NCBI GenBank assembly: GCA_017992505.1
Contig: JAGOON010000001.1
Coordinates: 2,532-66,531, forward strand
Length of the DNA: 64,000 nt
Direction: 5' to 3'
Source of the DNA: Minisyncoccota bacterium
Lineage (GTDB): Bacteria > Patescibacteriota > Minisyncoccia > Phycocordibacterales > UBA918
Part shown: piece by piece, positions 18,174-26,924 of the stretch
How positions within the stretch are numbered: position 1 is the stretch's first letter
Layout of the letters: every line of letters starts with the position of its first letter
Notes under the pieces: model-generated
The model's input: only the letters and a program-made list of their open reading frames with translations
The model's database searches: none
What the model was told of the DNA's origin: nothing
Translations under genes and position numbers: made by a program

Positions 18174-18179
18174 ATTGTA
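18174..18179 (-). promoter_or_regulatory. -10 hexamer TACAAT 5 nt upstream of the holB-like ATG (leaderless-type promoter). TTGACA lies 11 nt further upstream
   Basis: Minus strand reads TTGACAcatataccagaTACAATccataATG. Confidence 0.45.
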
Positions 18180-18224
18180 TCTGGTATATGTGTCAAAGGG
18201 CTCACAAATTAGAGCGTCACAAAA

Positions 18225-18320
18225 TAATCTGAGGCGAGGCGCTGGAGGAAAACAGATTGAGACGTACCTATGTACGGCGAAATTTTTTTTACCGAACAGC
18301 AACAAAGCTTCAGGTTATTT
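18225..18320. repeat. Conserved ~80-nt intergenic element, copy B, immediately 3' of the Pro-rich gene. Homologous to 10021-10110
   Basis: See copy A. On the minus strand it aligns GCTTTGTTGCTGTTCGGTAAAAAAAATTTCGCCGTACATAGGTACGTCTCAATCTGTTTTCCTCCAGCGCCTCGC with copy A. Confidence 0.6.
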
Positions 18321-18328
18321 TTGGCGTT

Positions 18329-19762
18329 CTAACCTTTTTGCAGATCGAGGATATGGCGTATAACTCGTCGCAGATAGTGTTCGAAGGTTTCGCCCTGTTG
18401 ATAGATTATACCTTGCTCGTAGCGCCATCCGTTCATATAGTCAGTAATACTTTGTTTGATTTCCTGCGTCGCCCCCTCAAAACGCCCAGCAAGTAGGAGT
18501 GGGATATGAAGCGGTGCAATCTTTTTAAAGAGTGGGTGCTCGTGACCTTTAGGACCAGTACCGAAAAGACCGCTCTTTTTAAATATAGACCATTCTGAGA
18601 GTAACTGTTCAAGACCATCATCAACTTCCTTATTAAAAAGTGGATCACCTGACGAAATCGCGGAAGCTTTGAGGGATGCAGTCGCCTGCAAATCTTCGAG
18701 AGTATGTGGCTTCTTTAAATCTGCAAGTGACGCGAAGCCAGCTGGTTGAGCTGGCGCTGGGGCCGGAGCAGCAGACGGAGCTGCTTCTTCATGCGACCAT
18801 GAAGGAGACGCCACTGTTGCAGGTTGTGGGAGAATATCTTTTTCACTTGGTTTATAGGCAGGAACTGGCTGAAACGGCTCACCAGTAGGAACGGCAGCGA
18901 CTCTATGCACTGGTTCGGCTTGAAGAACTGGAGTTTCTTCAACTGATATATTTACTTCCTGTACTGCTGGGGTGGTTTTTGGGCTCACAGCGACTACATT
19001 CACTGTACCGCCACTCGTCTGGTGGGTTTCAAGGGCCTTGAGTACCGATGCGTACGACTCCTCAAGACGCTTCATTGCTGAGGCAGCCGAAGAACCGCTA
19101 TTGAGTTTCTTCATCGCATCGAGGAGTGCTCCCATGTATTCACGCCCAACTTCATTATCAATATCGACAAGATTCACTGGGTTACCGACTTTTTCGTTTA
19201 CAGAGGCTTTAATCTCTCGAATACGAGTAAGGTACTCTCCAACATCAGCTACTGGAGTCACTGGCTCTGGAACAGCCGATACTACAGGAACTGGTTCAGG
19301 CACCTGTTGTGGAATTGGTGCCTCGACCACTGGTGCAGGCTGAACAACGGGCTCTGGGGTGGCTTGGTGTGGTGTCCAAGCTGGCTGTGCACTAAAGACT
19401 GGAATCGAAGAAACGGGCACCTGTTGTGGCGCACTTTGTGCTACGGGTGCAGGCGTGAAAGTCGGAGCAACACGAAACTTTCCGATAGTCGGTTGAGGTG
19501 GAAGTGTTTGGGTTGATTGAGGACTAATTTTTCTTGGTGCTGGGGTTACCCGATATGCGACTATTTTTTGTTCAAGCGCGAGACGAACAGTCTGATCCTT
19601 TCCGCCGTTTGTATACAAAAAAACCAAGTCACGGAGTTCGCTTTTTTGTGGAGCCCCAATTTCACTTGTTCGGATAGACGCAAGTAAATGCATCACTCCT
19701 GCTTGTGACTCAAAATCAAAGACGGCGTTCCCATTTATGGGCAAAGAACCAACACTCACCAT
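18329..19762 (-). CDS. Hypothetical Pro/Ala/Val/Gln-rich protein (third gene of the ATPase module)
   Basis: 477 aa. Three predicted globular segments separated by PxxP/PAPV low-complexity linkers. No signal peptide or TM seen. Confidence 0.5.
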   Translation of the reverse strand: MVSVGSLPINGNAVFDFESQAGVMHLLASIRTSEIGAPQKSELRDLVFLYTNGGKDQTVRLALEQKIVAYRVTPAPRKISPQSTQTLPPQPTIGKFRVAPTFTPAPVAQSAPQQVPVSSIPVFSAQPAWTPHQATPEPVVQPAPVVEAPIPQQVPEPVPVVSAVPEPVTPVADVGEYLTRIREIKASVNEKVGNPVNLVDIDNEVGREYMGALLDAMKKLNSGSSAASAMKRLEESYASVLKALETHQTSGGTVNVVAVSPKTTPAVQEVNISVEETPVLQAEPVHRVAAVPTGEPFQPVPAYKPSEKDILPQPATVASPSWSHEEAAPSAAPAPAPAQPAGFASLADLKKPHTLEDLQATASLKASAISSGDPLFNKEVDDGLEQLLSEWSIFKKSGLFGTGPKGHEHPLFKKIAPLHIPLLLAGRFEGATQEIKQSITDYMNGWRYEQGIIYQQGETFEHYLRRVIRHILDLQKG

Positions 19763-19830
19763 ATAGAGTTCATGATAGCATTTTTTAAAAAATGAAAAAC
19801 AAAAAAGTTATGAACAGGCTGTGTATTACA

Positions 19831-21357
19831 CTACGCAGCCATTGTCTCGTCATGTTGCAATAATGTTTCAAGTTCGGCACGAATGAAGAGCTCACCAAAT
19901 GTTATCGTCGGATGAGCATGGGTGATGTCTATCATTGAATTCAGTGAATCAATCCAATCAAGATAAACTTCATACTTAATATCGCGCTCTTGCAGTTTTG
20001 CTCTAACAACATCACGTGACTGACTATCAAAGTCGACCACTTCTTTTACAGTCATACTTCGGAGAAAATCATAGAAGGCGCTTTTGTATGCAAAACCAAA
20101 GGCAGAGTCAAATTTTGATGGCGCTTCGATTCCCTGAATCTCACGTCGCACCATTGCCTCAAACTGCGCTACCGATGGAAAGTTGTATGCAACGAACTTT
20201 CCATAACGAGGGATTGCCAAGACTTTTTCGATTACCCCACCCCATTCGCCCTTATAAGCTCTTTCAACGCGCTCGATTGAGGGTTTGGTTGGTGAATTAT
20301 GAATTGCCTTCGGTCGAGGCGGGTTGCTTGCTATGAGCTCTGGCTTTTTGACGAGTGTAATTGGAACAATTTTCTCTTCAGTTTCTGCTTCCTTTGCAAC
20401 TTCAATAGCACCAGTTGGTTGTCTTTTTATATCAATGTTAACGAGCGGAATTTCTTCGTCCTTTTCAAAGAAACCCCCAAGACCCTTATCGAGCTGAATG
20501 AGATTATCTGATATTTCATCTACTGCATCTTCAAAATGCTCGGACGTTAGTTCAGTGACTTTATCATCCCTATCGAGATACTCCCTGATACTTTTAAAAG
20601 TCGTTCGCGCACGGTCAGTGGTGATGACGAGTTGTTTGTAGTAGTGTTGCCCTACATTCAAAACAGCATCCGGAGATACTACCTCGTTAATTTCTTGGTA
20701 CTTTGCGAGAAGTGCTTCTGCTTGCTCAATGAGCATTTCAGTTTTTTCCTCAAGTGTATTCAATTTACTTTTCTCAACAGTGGCACTCTCATCAACAACC
20801 AACTCCTTATCAGGCTCAACTTGAGGACCGGCAACTATTTCTTCAATTTCTTTTATAACAATCTCTTCTTCCGCAACCATTACTTGTTCCACTTCTGGTT
20901 TTACAAAGTCTTGGGTCATACTGTCTTCAGGAACCAACTCAACGGGGACTGATTCGGAGACAGTTTTTATCGGTAAGGTGTCGACCACAATCGGTGTGAC
21001 TTCTGGCATTACCACCACCTCATTTTCTACGACCGCCTCAATGGATTCAATACCATCAAGAATATCAATGAGCTCGTTGTAATGGGTTTGAATTTCGTTC
21101 GCAAGCGTTTCATCTACATCACCCCCTTCATCTTTAAGTAAAAAGGCAGTATTGAGTTTTTCTTTCAGCGTCTCGTAGAGATGAGACACATTTTCTAATT
21201 GGTTGTGTGATGACTCACCCGAGTGAGCCTTGATGTACTCTATGAGTTCAGTATACGCATCTTCCGTGTGGCGCGAAAAAGCCTGTAGGCCTTCCCTAGT
21301 ATTGATATCAATATCTTCTTGCACCTCTTCGGCGGTGGTCATTCGTTCCATGCTCAT
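19831..21357 (-). CDS. Hypothetical highly acidic (Glu/Asp/Val-rich) protein, start overlapping the upstream ATPase stop
   Basis: 508 aa. Its ATG overlaps the stop of the upstream ATPase gene (ATGA). The acidic coiled N-terminal two-thirds are followed by a conserved-looking C-terminal domain (EWGGVIEKVLAIPRYGKFVAYNFPS...). Confidence 0.5.
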   Translation of the reverse strand: MSMERMTTAEEVQEDIDINTREGLQAFSRHTEDAYTELIEYIKAHSGESSHNQLENVSHLYETLKEKLNTAFLLKDEGGDVDETLANEIQTHYNELIDILDGIESIEAVVENEVVVMPEVTPIVVDTLPIKTVSESVPVELVPEDSMTQDFVKPEVEQVMVAEEEIVIKEIEEIVAGPQVEPDKELVVDESATVEKSKLNTLEEKTEMLIEQAEALLAKYQEINEVVSPDAVLNVGQHYYKQLVITTDRARTTFKSIREYLDRDDKVTELTSEHFEDAVDEISDNLIQLDKGLGGFFEKDEEIPLVNIDIKRQPTGAIEVAKEAETEEKIVPITLVKKPELIASNPPRPKAIHNSPTKPSIERVERAYKGEWGGVIEKVLAIPRYGKFVAYNFPSVAQFEAMVRREIQGIEAPSKFDSAFGFAYKSAFYDFLRSMTVKEVVDFDSQSRDVVRAKLQERDIKYEVYLDWIDSLNSMIDITHAHPTITFGELFIRAELETLLQHDETMAA

Positions 21358-24188
21358 ATCATATCAGGCATTGCCGAGATTGGTGGCGGTGGCGGTGGAA
21401 CGGGCTTTTGGTACCGTACACGTATTTCCTCTTCGATTTCGGCTCGTGCTCGCCCATAGCGAGCGTAACTTTGTTCAATCAACATTGCTACTCGTTCTGG
21501 ATTTGATGCTTGTGGCGGTAATGTTGAGAGACTAAATGGCGGTGTTGGCGTACCGTTGGCCAAAATGCGCATGTACGCACTGCGATTTGGAACATTCATA
21601 AGATCGCTTGCACTAAAGGTTGGTGCGTATTGTTGCTCCAAGAACTGCGCATCCTCAGGGCCCACCCTGAAAGCTGCAAGTGAGCCGACATTCCCGAAAA
21701 CTGCGTCTTTTATGTCTGGTTGAAGCTGAGCGATAAATTGGTGCGCCATAGTGAGTCCAAGTTTGTATTTACGAGCTTCTGAAAGAATCGCCGAGATAGA
21801 ATCCGTAGAAATATTCTGAAATTCGTCCATATGAAGGTAGAATGGTGGATATTTTTTGAGGGGGTCATCAACGCGCGAAAGCGCAGCCATGAGGAGTTTC
21901 CCTACAAAAATCATACCGATAAGATTGGCATTAATTTCACCAATACGACCTTTGGCAAGATTTACCAGCAAAATCTTTCGCTCATCCATAAGAAGGCGGA
22001 AATTGAAAGCGCTACGCTGCTGTCCGATAATTGGTCGCATATAGTCATTTGCGGTGAAGACGTCAAATTTTGAAACGATGTATGGCACGATGTTTTCGAG
22101 CGCAGCTTCCCCACCTGCCTTTGTTGCAATCTCTCGCCAGAACTGGACGACGACTGGGTTCGTTGCTTTTTCGAGTTTCTGTCGTCGATAGCGAGCATCG
22201 ACCATTACTCTTGAAATATCCATGAGTGTATTCCCACTTTCTGGATCTTCCATTACAAGCATAGTGGCATTGCGGAAATACTGCTCAAACATTGGACCCA
22301 TAGATTCTGGATTGCCACCGTAGAGCTTTTTAAAAATAGAAAAGAGTTCGTTGACCACAAACGTCTTTTGTTCTGGCTTTGAGTAATCAAACTCGAGCAT
22401 ATTGAGGCCAATGACTCGATCAAGACGAGCGGGATCAAAATAGATGACGTCCTGCTCTCGGTGTGGCGGAACGGCAGCGAGGACATCTTCGATGTCTGTG
22501 CCATGCGGATCAATCATACACACACCGTCACCACGCATAATATCTTGAACAATCATGTTCTTCATGAGTGTTGTCTTACCTGTCCCTGTCTGACCAATGA
22601 TATAAAAATGACGCAGACGGTCTTCAGCGGTGATGAAGATTTTTCTTTCCGTACCACGGTGAGCATTAATGCCAAGAACAGTACCTTCGATAGGCATAGT
22701 GGTGGGCGCTGGAGCTGTTTGTGCGTATGACTGCTTAAACTGAGGGGCCGCAGCGCCAGAAGCAGCATTTTGAGGGAAATGCACCAATGTCGCTAACTCT
22801 CGAATTGAGAGTGGCACAATCCCTTTCACAGATAACTCACGAAATGAAAATGCTCGAAGCGCCCGCTTCTGCGCCAGACCAGTGAGACGATTGAACACAA
22901 AGGCATTTCCATCAACTGAATTAAAAGCTAAAAATGTCGATTCTATTTCTGACATTATCTGTTTAGCCCGCACATCTGTCTTTGCCGAGACCACCATACG
23001 GATGTTTGTTTCAACAATATCGGTAGTGATTTTCTTGCGGAAGAGTTCGATGGAACGTGTGTCAATTTCTTTTGGTGGTACCTGCACCTCTTCCTTTTTC
23101 TTATTGGTGAAAAAGAGGTCAGTGACAGTATTTTTAAATTCACCAATCATTGAACTCCGTGCAATTGCGTCCGCTGGTTTCGTGCCTTTTTCAACTTCTT
23201 TAATGATAGATTCGTATGTACTGCGATACTTGTCATGTGGGTACCGCACAATAAACTGAAGCGCCGCTCCTCCACCTTCACGTTCGATTTTTGAGAAGGC
23301 GTTTAAAATAACTGAGAATGGGTCAGCAGTGAATTCATCATGTGGTTTCAAAGGATAGATGGGGTGCTTTCTGAGACTTACTTCAGAAACGAGTGCCACT
23401 CCACCATCGGCAAAAATATTATAATCATGCGGTTGAATTGTCAGTACTGCGTGTGGAAAGAGTGAGAGTGTCTGCTTTTCAAAAAGCGTCGCAAATTCAT
23501 TTGGCACTGCAACGTAGTACACGATATCGTCACTATTATCAGCAACCGCTACCTCGATGACGAAGTGATTCCCCGCTTGAACTGAACCAATCGTTCGAAG
23601 ACCCGCCAACAGTTGCTCCATAACGCCGACCAGTTGCGCAAGTTGTTGTGCATTTCCATCTGGAGTACTTTGTGACGGAAGTATCACTTCAAAGAGCGTC
23701 ATATGAAGGATGTGCCATGGTGGCAAGCCTTCGCGCAAATCCGCTATCTGTGCACCAGAGCGAATTTGTTCAATAAGTTGACGATGTACTTCGTCGACAA
23801 TGTAGGTGTTATTTGTTTGTTCGAGTACAGTGAGAGCATTTTTGATTCCCTTCTCGTATGCCAACTGCATAATATCCTCAACAGGATTATGTGACACTAC
23901 CACCGCTTCAACGGAACGATTGAGTTCGTCACCACTAAGTTCATAGTTTTTATCGAGCACCATTTTGGGGGTAAAGCTCATGTAGTTTTTTATCTCCTGT
24001 TTACCAAGCGTTTCGATGTCGGTGCGGTCAATGGAGGGCGTACGATCCAGCATCTGACGCTCCCGCTGTGCGATACGCGCACGCAAAAACTCAAGCTCTT
24101 CTTGAGGAGAGGAAAACTGCCTTGGCACACCTTCAATCATGCGTTCATTGTACACGCAAAAGGCGCGCCAAAGGCGCGCCTTAACCAC
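21354..24188 (-). CDS. Soluble TraG/TraD/VirD4-family (TraG-D_C-like) P-loop ATPase with a ~480-aa N-terminal domain of unknown function. Alternative start Met17 at 24140
   Basis: Walker A GQTGTGKTT and Walker B LHMDEFQN, then RKYKLGLTMAHQFIAQLQ...GNVGSLAAFRVGPEDAQ matching the VirD4/TraD C-terminal signature. No N-terminal TM helices. Poly-Pro C-terminus. Confidence 0.55.
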   Translation of the reverse strand: MVKARLWRAFCVYNERMIEGVPRQFSSPQEELEFLRARIAQRERQMLDRTPSIDRTDIETLGKQEIKNYMSFTPKMVLDKNYELSGDELNRSVEAVVVSHNPVEDIMQLAYEKGIKNALTVLEQTNNTYIVDEVHRQLIEQIRSGAQIADLREGLPPWHILHMTLFEVILPSQSTPDGNAQQLAQLVGVMEQLLAGLRTIGSVQAGNHFVIEVAVADNSDDIVYYVAVPNEFATLFEKQTLSLFPHAVLTIQPHDYNIFADGGVALVSEVSLRKHPIYPLKPHDEFTADPFSVILNAFSKIEREGGGAALQFIVRYPHDKYRSTYESIIKEVEKGTKPADAIARSSMIGEFKNTVTDLFFTNKKKEEVQVPPKEIDTRSIELFRKKITTDIVETNIRMVVSAKTDVRAKQIMSEIESTFLAFNSVDGNAFVFNRLTGLAQKRALRAFSFRELSVKGIVPLSIRELATLVHFPQNAASGAAAPQFKQSYAQTAPAPTTMPIEGTVLGINAHRGTERKIFITAEDRLRHFYIIGQTGTGKTTLMKNMIVQDIMRGDGVCMIDPHGTDIEDVLAAVPPHREQDVIYFDPARLDRVIGLNMLEFDYSKPEQKTFVVNELFSIFKKLYGGNPESMGPMFEQYFRNATMLVMEDPESGNTLMDISRVMVDARYRRQKLEKATNPVVVQFWREIATKAGGEAALENIVPYIVSKFDVFTANDYMRPIIGQQRSAFNFRLLMDERKILLVNLAKGRIGEINANLIGMIFVGKLLMAALSRVDDPLKKYPPFYLHMDEFQNISTDSISAILSEARKYKLGLTMAHQFIAQLQPDIKDAVFGNVGSLAAFRVGPEDAQFLEQQYAPTFSASDLMNVPNRSAYMRILANGTPTPPFSLSTLPPQASNPERVAMLIEQSYARYGRARAEIEEEIRVRYQKPVPPPPPPISAMPDMI
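24147..24152 (-). promoter_or_regulatory. -10 hexamer TACAAT 6 nt upstream of the Met17 ATG of the ATPase gene
   Basis: Minus strand reads GGCGCGCCttttgcgtgTACAATgaacgcATG. Confidence 0.4.
24160..24182. promoter_or_regulatory. Perfect GC palindrome GGCGCGCC-AAA-GGCGCGCC (candidate operator) abutting the ATPase-module promoter
   Basis: AAGGCGCGCCAAAGGCGCGCCTT. Each half is itself palindromic. It is located in the -35 region of the putative promoter. Confidence 0.45.
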
Positions 24189-24222
24189 ACCTCCAAATTT
24201 AAGAGCGTCCTAAAAAGTACCT

Positions 24223-24262
24223 ATCTACTTTGTATCCTTAAATACAAAGTAGATGAGTGCTC
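24223..24262 (-). terminator. Rho-independent terminator of the mreB-paralogue gene
   Basis: Minus strand ATCTACTTTGTA-tttaagga-TACAAAGTAGAT (12-bp perfect stem) followed by a T-run. Confidence 0.7.
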
Positions 24263-24274
24263 TTTGGGACGCGG

Positions 24275-25309
24275 TTATTTTTTGCTCAAGACTGCTCGTT
24301 TGTATACATCTAGGTGTTCGAGCGCCGTCCCGGTTCCTTTTACTACACAAAAGAGTGCTTGGTCGGCCACAACCGCCTTCACCCCCAAACGTCGGCGAAT
24401 GAGCTCTGGAAAATTACGGAGCTGAGACGTACCACCAGTCATGATAATACCCCCATCGATAATGTCTGCAGCAAGCTCTGGTGGAGTCTCTTGAAAAACA
24501 TCTCGTATTGCCTTTATCATTTCCTTCAATTCTTTTCCAATCGCACGTACAACTTCATTACTCTTGATTTCGGTTGTACGAGGCAAACCAGAAATCATGT
24601 CCCTTCCTTTAATTTCCATCACCAACTCTTCTTCAAGTGGAAGTGCTGAACCAACTTTAATTTTTATATCCTCAGCCGTCTTTTCACCAATCGCGAGATT
24701 TCGAGTCTTCTTCACATAGTCCACAATCGACATATCGATACGGTTGCCCGCGCACTTAACTGAGTTCGAGGCTACGATACCCCCAAGCGAAATTACTGCC
24801 ACATCGATAGTACCGCCACCGATATCAACAATCATATGTCCTTGCGCTTCATATATAGGTACACCTGCACCAATAGCAGCGAGAATTGGTTCTTTCACCA
24901 CAAACGCATTCTTGGCGCCCGCCCGCATGGCAGCTTCTACTACCGCCCGACGCTCAGTTGAAGTCACGCCCGCTGGCACCGACACCATCACATCTGGCCT
25001 AAAGAGGCTGTACTTACTCATGGATTTTTTGAGGAAGTATCGAAGCATCGCTTCAGTAACGCGATAATCAGCAATGACGCCGTCACGCATTGGACGATAG
25101 GCTCGAATACTATCGGGAGTACGTCCAATCATTTGCTTGGCTTCGGTTCCAACAGCAAGCACCTCGTTGTCCTCAGAAATAGCAACAACTGACGGCTCAT
25201 TAAGTACAATTCCTTGTCCTGGAATAAACACCAAAATACTGGTAGTACCAAGGTCGATGCCGATTTTAGGAGTTAAGCTACCAAACATGTTAGGCACATA
25301 TACTACCAC
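24275..25309 (-). CDS. Second MreB-family actin homologue (Mbl/MreBH-like paralogue)
   Basis: IGIDLGTTSILVFIPGQGIVLNEPSVVAI and VDIGGGTIDVAVISLGG. Length 344 aa. A distinct paralogue from the mreB at 13493-14566. Confidence 0.8.
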   Translation of the reverse strand: MVVYVPNMFGSLTPKIGIDLGTTSILVFIPGQGIVLNEPSVVAISEDNEVLAVGTEAKQMIGRTPDSIRAYRPMRDGVIADYRVTEAMLRYFLKKSMSKYSLFRPDVMVSVPAGVTSTERRAVVEAAMRAGAKNAFVVKEPILAAIGAGVPIYEAQGHMIVDIGGGTIDVAVISLGGIVASNSVKCAGNRIDMSIVDYVKKTRNLAIGEKTAEDIKIKVGSALPLEEELVMEIKGRDMISGLPRTTEIKSNEVVRAIGKELKEMIKAIRDVFQETPPELAADIIDGGIIMTGGTSQLRNFPELIRRRLGVKAVVADQALFCVVKGTGTALEHLDVYKRAVLSKK

Positions 25310-25339
25310 AAAGCCTATACCCAGCCCATGGATACACCT

Positions 25340-25357
25340 TATAGCATATCTGCTATA
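25340..25357. promoter_or_regulatory. Inverted repeat TATAGCA-tatc-TGCTATA upstream of the HTH-MurA gene (candidate autoregulatory operator overlapping a -10-like TATACT)
   Basis: 7-bp perfect arms sitting 12 nt upstream of the murA ATG. Confidence 0.4.
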
Positions 25358-25368
25358 CTCACCTTTGT

Positions 25369-26868
25369 ATGCAAGATATAGGAACCCGCATTGCGGACGT
25401 ACGAGAAACCCTCGGTCTTACTCAATCTGATTTAGCTAAAAAATTAAAAACTACCCAAAGTGCCATCGCTCGCATAGAGAGCGGAAAGCAAAATGTTAGT
25501 GCAGATATGCTTAAACGCATCGGCAAGGCGCTGGGGAAAAATCTCATCACCCTCTCCCCAGGTACGGTAAATGTTCAAGTAAACGGCGGAAAGAAGCTTT
25601 CCGGTACCATACAAACCAACACCTCTAAAAACGGTGCAGTAGGACTCCTTTGCGCTTCTCTTCTTAATAAAGGCACAACTACCCTTCATGGTATGCCACG
25701 TATCGAAGAGGTGCACCGTCTCATTGAAGTACTGCAAAGTATCGGCGTGAGGGTTGAGTGGATCAAAAACTCCGTTCGCATTACCCCTCCTGAGAAAATC
25801 AATCTTGCAAAAATTGATGTTGAAGCGGCCCGCCGTACTCGTAGTATCGTAATGTTCATCGGCCCCTTAATTCACCGTATGAACACCTTCGCACTTCCGC
25901 AGTCTGGCGGTTGTAAACTTGGTAGTCGAACAGTGCGACCGCACTTTTATGCACTCGAAGAATTCGGCGTTTATATCAATACCACCGACAGCGCCTATGA
26001 GGTGTCAGTAAAGCCCAAGCAACCTAAAGAAATTATCCTCTATGAATCAGGTGACACCGTGACCGAAAACGCACTCATGGCAGCGGCACTCTTTAAGGGC
26101 ACTACCACTATCAAGTATTGCTCAGCCAACTACATGGTGCAAGAAATGTGTGTATTTCTTCAGCATCTTGGTGTTCAGATTGAAGGAATTGGTACCACTA
26201 CACTCACTATCACGGGTTGTAAAGAAATCAAGCAGGATGTTGAGTACCACCTTGCGGAGGACCCAACCGATAGTATGTTTTTCTTGGCTACTGCAATTGT
26301 CACCAATTCTTCAATTACTATCACACGCTGTCCGATTGAGTTCCTTGAACTTGAGCTCCTCACACTCAAAAAGATGGGCTTCAAGTACACGCAGTCAAAG
26401 CCATACCTTGGTAAGAATGGTCAGGTGAAGTTGGTTGATATTGTAACCAAATCATCAAAGATGGTCGCAGTTTCCGAAAAAATCCACTCCCGTCCCTACC
26501 CTGGCATCAACGCCGATAACCTCCCTTTCTTTGCGGTCATCGCGACGCAAGTGAGCGGACAAACCCTTATTCACGACTGGATGTATGAAAAGCGAGCAAT
26601 TTACTTTACCGAACTTGATAAACTTGGTGGTGATACCGTCCTTGCTGACCCGCACCGTATCTACATTACTGGTCCAAGCAAGCTCCGCGCTAACGAACTC
26701 GTCTGTCCGCCCGCACTTCGTCCAGCGACTATTCTTTTGATTGCAATGCTCGGCGCCGAGGGGCGATCAATTCTTCGCAACATCTACAGCATTAATCGCG
26801 GCTACGAAAAGCTCGTCGAGCGACTTGAATCACTTGGCGCCAGCATCAGCTACCTTGACGAGTTCTAA
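25369..26868 (+). CDS. murA: UDP-N-acetylglucosamine 1-carboxyvinyltransferase MurA with an N-terminal XRE-type HTH domain
   Basis: The N-terminal ~65 aa are a Cro/C1-type HTH (LGLTQSDLAKKLKTTQSAIARIESGK). The rest is full MurA with the catalytic-Cys loop PQSGGCKLGSRTVRPH and C-terminal SINRGYEKLVERLESLGA. Confidence 0.8.
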   Translation: MQDIGTRIADVRETLGLTQSDLAKKLKTTQSAIARIESGKQNVSADMLKRIGKALGKNLITLSPGTVNVQVNGGKKLSGTIQTNTSKNGAVGLLCASLLNKGTTTLHGMPRIEEVHRLIEVLQSIGVRVEWIKNSVRITPPEKINLAKIDVEAARRTRSIVMFIGPLIHRMNTFALPQSGGCKLGSRTVRPHFYALEEFGVYINTTDSAYEVSVKPKQPKEIILYESGDTVTENALMAAALFKGTTTIKYCSANYMVQEMCVFLQHLGVQIEGIGTTTLTITGCKEIKQDVEYHLAEDPTDSMFFLATAIVTNSSITITRCPIEFLELELLTLKKMGFKYTQSKPYLGKNGQVKLVDIVTKSSKMVAVSEKIHSRPYPGINADNLPFFAVIATQVSGQTLIHDWMYEKRAIYFTELDKLGGDTVLADPHRIYITGPSKLRANELVCPPALRPATILLIAMLGAEGRSILRNIYSINRGYEKLVERLESLGASISYLDEF

Positions 26869-26924
26869 ATTCATGATATAAAAATACTAGTACATAGTTT
26901 CCAATCTCAGAAGAGGTGTAGCCA

